This document shows positions 61,887 through 64,000 of a stretch of 64,000 bases of DNA, piece after piece (the stretch's first letter is position 1; each line of letters starts with the position of its first letter). The stretch covers positions 292,819-356,818 of the forward strand of contig JAHPZA010000003.1 in the NCBI GenBank assembly GCA_019058445.1, read 5' to 3'. The position numbers and the translations under genes were made by a program. Source of the DNA: Promethearchaeota archaeon. Its GTDB lineage: Archaea; Asgardarchaeota; Lokiarchaeia; Sigyniarchaeales; SOKP01. Below the pieces are notes generated by a model, which saw nothing but the letters and a program-made list of their open reading frames with translations, did not search any database and was not told the origin of the DNA.

Positions 61887-64000
61887 ATGAAACTTACAAC
61901 CTTCACATTTAAGGACCTTATAGAAGGTGAAGGATTGACCTTCTTAGTAGGAGCAGGATGTTCGGTCGATGCTCCCTCATGTTTACCTGCTGGTCGAGAA
62001 ATGATTGAAGCCATCATCAAATACACATGTGCAAATTCTGAAATTGAAAAGATTTTGAGCATAACTGAGTTGAGATTTGAACAATTAGTAGAAATTGTTA
62101 GAGATCGTCTAGATCCCGAACTTAAAATCATAGATTATTATGGTCAATGCGATAAACCTAACCTTCAACATTTTTTTTTAGCAGAAATGCTTAAGAGAGG
62201 GCACTTTGTTATGACCACTAATTTTGATTATCTTATAGAATATGCTTTAATCGAATCGGAAGTTCCACAAAAGGAGATTAATCCTGTTATAACCAAAGAA
62301 GATTTCGAGAACTATAATAATCCAATTAAATTATTCAACGAAAGAAAAAAAGTGATCTATAAAATTCATGGCTCACCTAAAAATGTCATTACGGGAGAAG
62401 ATACGAGAGATTCCCTAGTGGCAACGATTCAAGCGTTTGGTTCGGGTAAGGAAGGTGAGTCTGTGTTTCAAGTAGAACCATTTAAGCGCCCGTTATTTGA
62501 GAATATTTCAAATAACCGTACAATAGTAGTTATGGGATATTCGGGAAGTGATGATTTTGATGTAGTTCCAACCTTAAGAGTATTAAAGAATATTAAAAAC
62601 ATAATTTGGATAAATTATATTTCAGACGATGGAGGGAGTGAAAAAATCTATGAAATTAATGAAGATGACCTTAATGAAAAGGGAGATTCAGATAAAATAG
62701 CTCAAATTCTTACGGACCTTTTCAGAATGCATAATGCAGAACATATCTATAGAATTGAAGCTAATACCTCAAGATTATGTGATAAACTATTAGAAATTAA
62801 ACCTTCCATCAGTGAAGAGAATTTTTCTATAAGTCCTTCAAGCTGGCTTAAAAACAATATTGAATCTGCTGACGACTTCAGAAAATATGAGATCCCAGAT
62901 GAAATATACAATTCTTTTAATATGTATCAAGATTCCTTAAGGTGTTCTAAAATACTCTTAACTCTTGCAGAGGAAAAAAACGAATTATCTTGGAAATCGC
63001 ATGTCCTTAATAATATCGGTCTGATTTATAGTGAACAAGGGGATTATCCTGAAGCGCTAAAAAAATACGGAGAGGCGCTAATAATTGCCGAGCAATTAGA
63101 AGATCTTTCTAGTAAAGCCACTTATCTTAATAATATTGGCCGAATTTATGATGTACAAGGAAATTATCCCGAAGCGATGAAACGATACGAAGAAGCGCTA
63201 ATAATTGCTGAACAAATAGAAAAACTCTCTGGTAAAGCCACATATCTTAACAGTATTGGCTTAATTTATGATGCACAAGGGAACTATCTCGAAGCGATGA
63301 AACGATACGAAGAAGCTCTAAAGATTGCCGAGCAACTGGGAGATCTTTCTAGTAAAGCCTCATTTCTTAATAATATTGGTTTAGTTTATGATGCATTGGG
63401 GCACTATCCCGAAGCGATCAAAAGACTCGAAGAGGCATTGAAGATTGCTGAGCAATTGGGAAATCTTACTAATGAAGCAACATATCTTAATAATATTGGA
63501 AATGTCCTCAAAGCAAGAGGAAATTATCCTGAAGCATTAAATCGATGTGAAAAAGCACTTGCGATTGCCGACCAGCTGGGAGATCCATCTAGTAAAGCCA
63601 CATATCTTAATAACATCGGATTAATTTATTATGAACAAGGGGATTATTCCGAAGCAATGAAACGATACGAAGAAGCGCTAAAGATTGCTGAGAAACTGGG
63701 AAATCTTTCTAGTGAAGCAACATTTCTTAATAATATTGGAAATATTCTCAAAGCAAAAGGAAATTACCCTGAAGCATTAAATCAATGTGAAAAAGCACTT
63801 GCGATTGCTGAGAAATTGGGAGACTTATCTAGTAAAACCACGTATCTTAATAACATCGGATTAATTTATTATAAACAAGGGGATTATTCCGAAGCGATGA
63901 AACGATACGAAGAAGCGCTAAAGATTGCTGAACAATTGGGATTTCTCACTCAAAAATCTACGTTCCTTAATAATATAGGGTTGATCTATAAAGAACAAGG
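61887..64000 (+). CDS. SIR2-like domain plus TPR-array protein (runs off window)
   Basis: Manual translation from ATG 61887: FLVGAGCS, TTNFD, KIHGS and VMGYSGSDDFD motifs, followed by 40-aa TPR units. Confidence 0.88.
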   Translation, partial: MKLTTFTFKDLIEGEGLTFLVGAGCSVDAPSCLPAGREMIEAIIKYTCANSEIEKILSITELRFEQLVEIVRDRLDPELKIIDYYGQCDKPNLQHFFLAEMLKRGHFVMTTNFDYLIEYALIESEVPQKEINPVITKEDFENYNNPIKLFNERKKVIYKIHGSPKNVITGEDTRDSLVATIQAFGSGKEGESVFQVEPFKRPLFENISNNRTIVVMGYSGSDDFDVVPTLRVLKNIKNIIWINYISDDGGSEKIYEINEDDLNEKGDSDKIAQILTDLFRMHNAEHIYRIEANTSRLCDKLLEIKPSISEENFSISPSSWLKNNIESADDFRKYEIPDEIYNSFNMYQDSLRCSKILLTLAEEKNELSWKSHVLNNIGLIYSEQGDYPEALKKYGEALIIAEQLEDLSSKATYLNNIGRIYDVQGNYPEAMKRYEEALIIAEQIEKLSGKATYLNSIGLIYDAQGNYLEAMKRYEEALKIAEQLGDLSSKASFLNNIGLVYDALGHYPEAIKRLEEALKIAEQLGNLTNEATYLNNIGNVLKARGNYPEALNRCEKALAIADQLGDPSSKATYLNNIGLIYYEQGDYSEAMKRYEEALKIAEKLGNLSSEATFLNNIGNILKAKGNYPEALNQCEKALAIAEKLGDLSSKTTYLNNIGLIYYKQGDYSEAMKRYEEALKIAEQLGFLTQKSTFLNNIGLIYKEQ
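62995..64000 (+). repeat. 120-bp coding tandem repeat (TPR), 8 or more units
   Basis: CTTAATAATATTGG...GAAGCG..AAACGATACGAAGAAGC-like unit recurs every 120 nt. Confidence 0.9.

Noticed and set aside
61672-62131. ORFs 61672-61878 (+) and 61871-62131 (-)
   Set aside because: The first has no recognisable motif in AT-rich intergenic DNA. The second is antisense to the SIR2-TPR gene.
62995-64000. 120-bp repeats as a CRISPR array
   Set aside because: In-frame coding TPR repeats without unique spacers.

Overview
AT-rich archaeal DNA, most likely Asgard/Lokiarchaeia. This assignment is an inference from a Rab-like GTPase, a longin-like domain, a membrane RING-like protein, multi-PAS kinases and eukaryote-type SECIS elements. 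Most of the window is catabolic: 10 GPH/MelB-type MFS transporter paralogs, many hydrolases (peptidases, sulfatase, GH20, phosphodiesterase, ceramidase-like/PIG-L fusion, esterase), four URO-D-family methyltransferases with a corrinoid protein, and Fe-S/FAD oxidoreductases. A SIR2-like/TPR gene runs off the right edge. The main discovery is a minus-strand selenoprotein locus at about 36.1-39.4 kb that the ORF track misses. (1) A peroxiredoxin-like gene has a UxxU motif (two in-frame TGA). (2) A 37-aa zinc-ribbon microprotein ends in TGA-TAA. That TGA aligns without gaps to a Cys in a paralog 3 kb away and is followed by its own SECIS, so this is a candidate new selenoprotein family. (3) Three related SECIS elements share an extra covarying AGC(C/A)A hairpin, forming a three-way junction. 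(4) One of the three SECIS is split in half by an IS200/IS605-family tnpB element whose TnpB has a premature stop.
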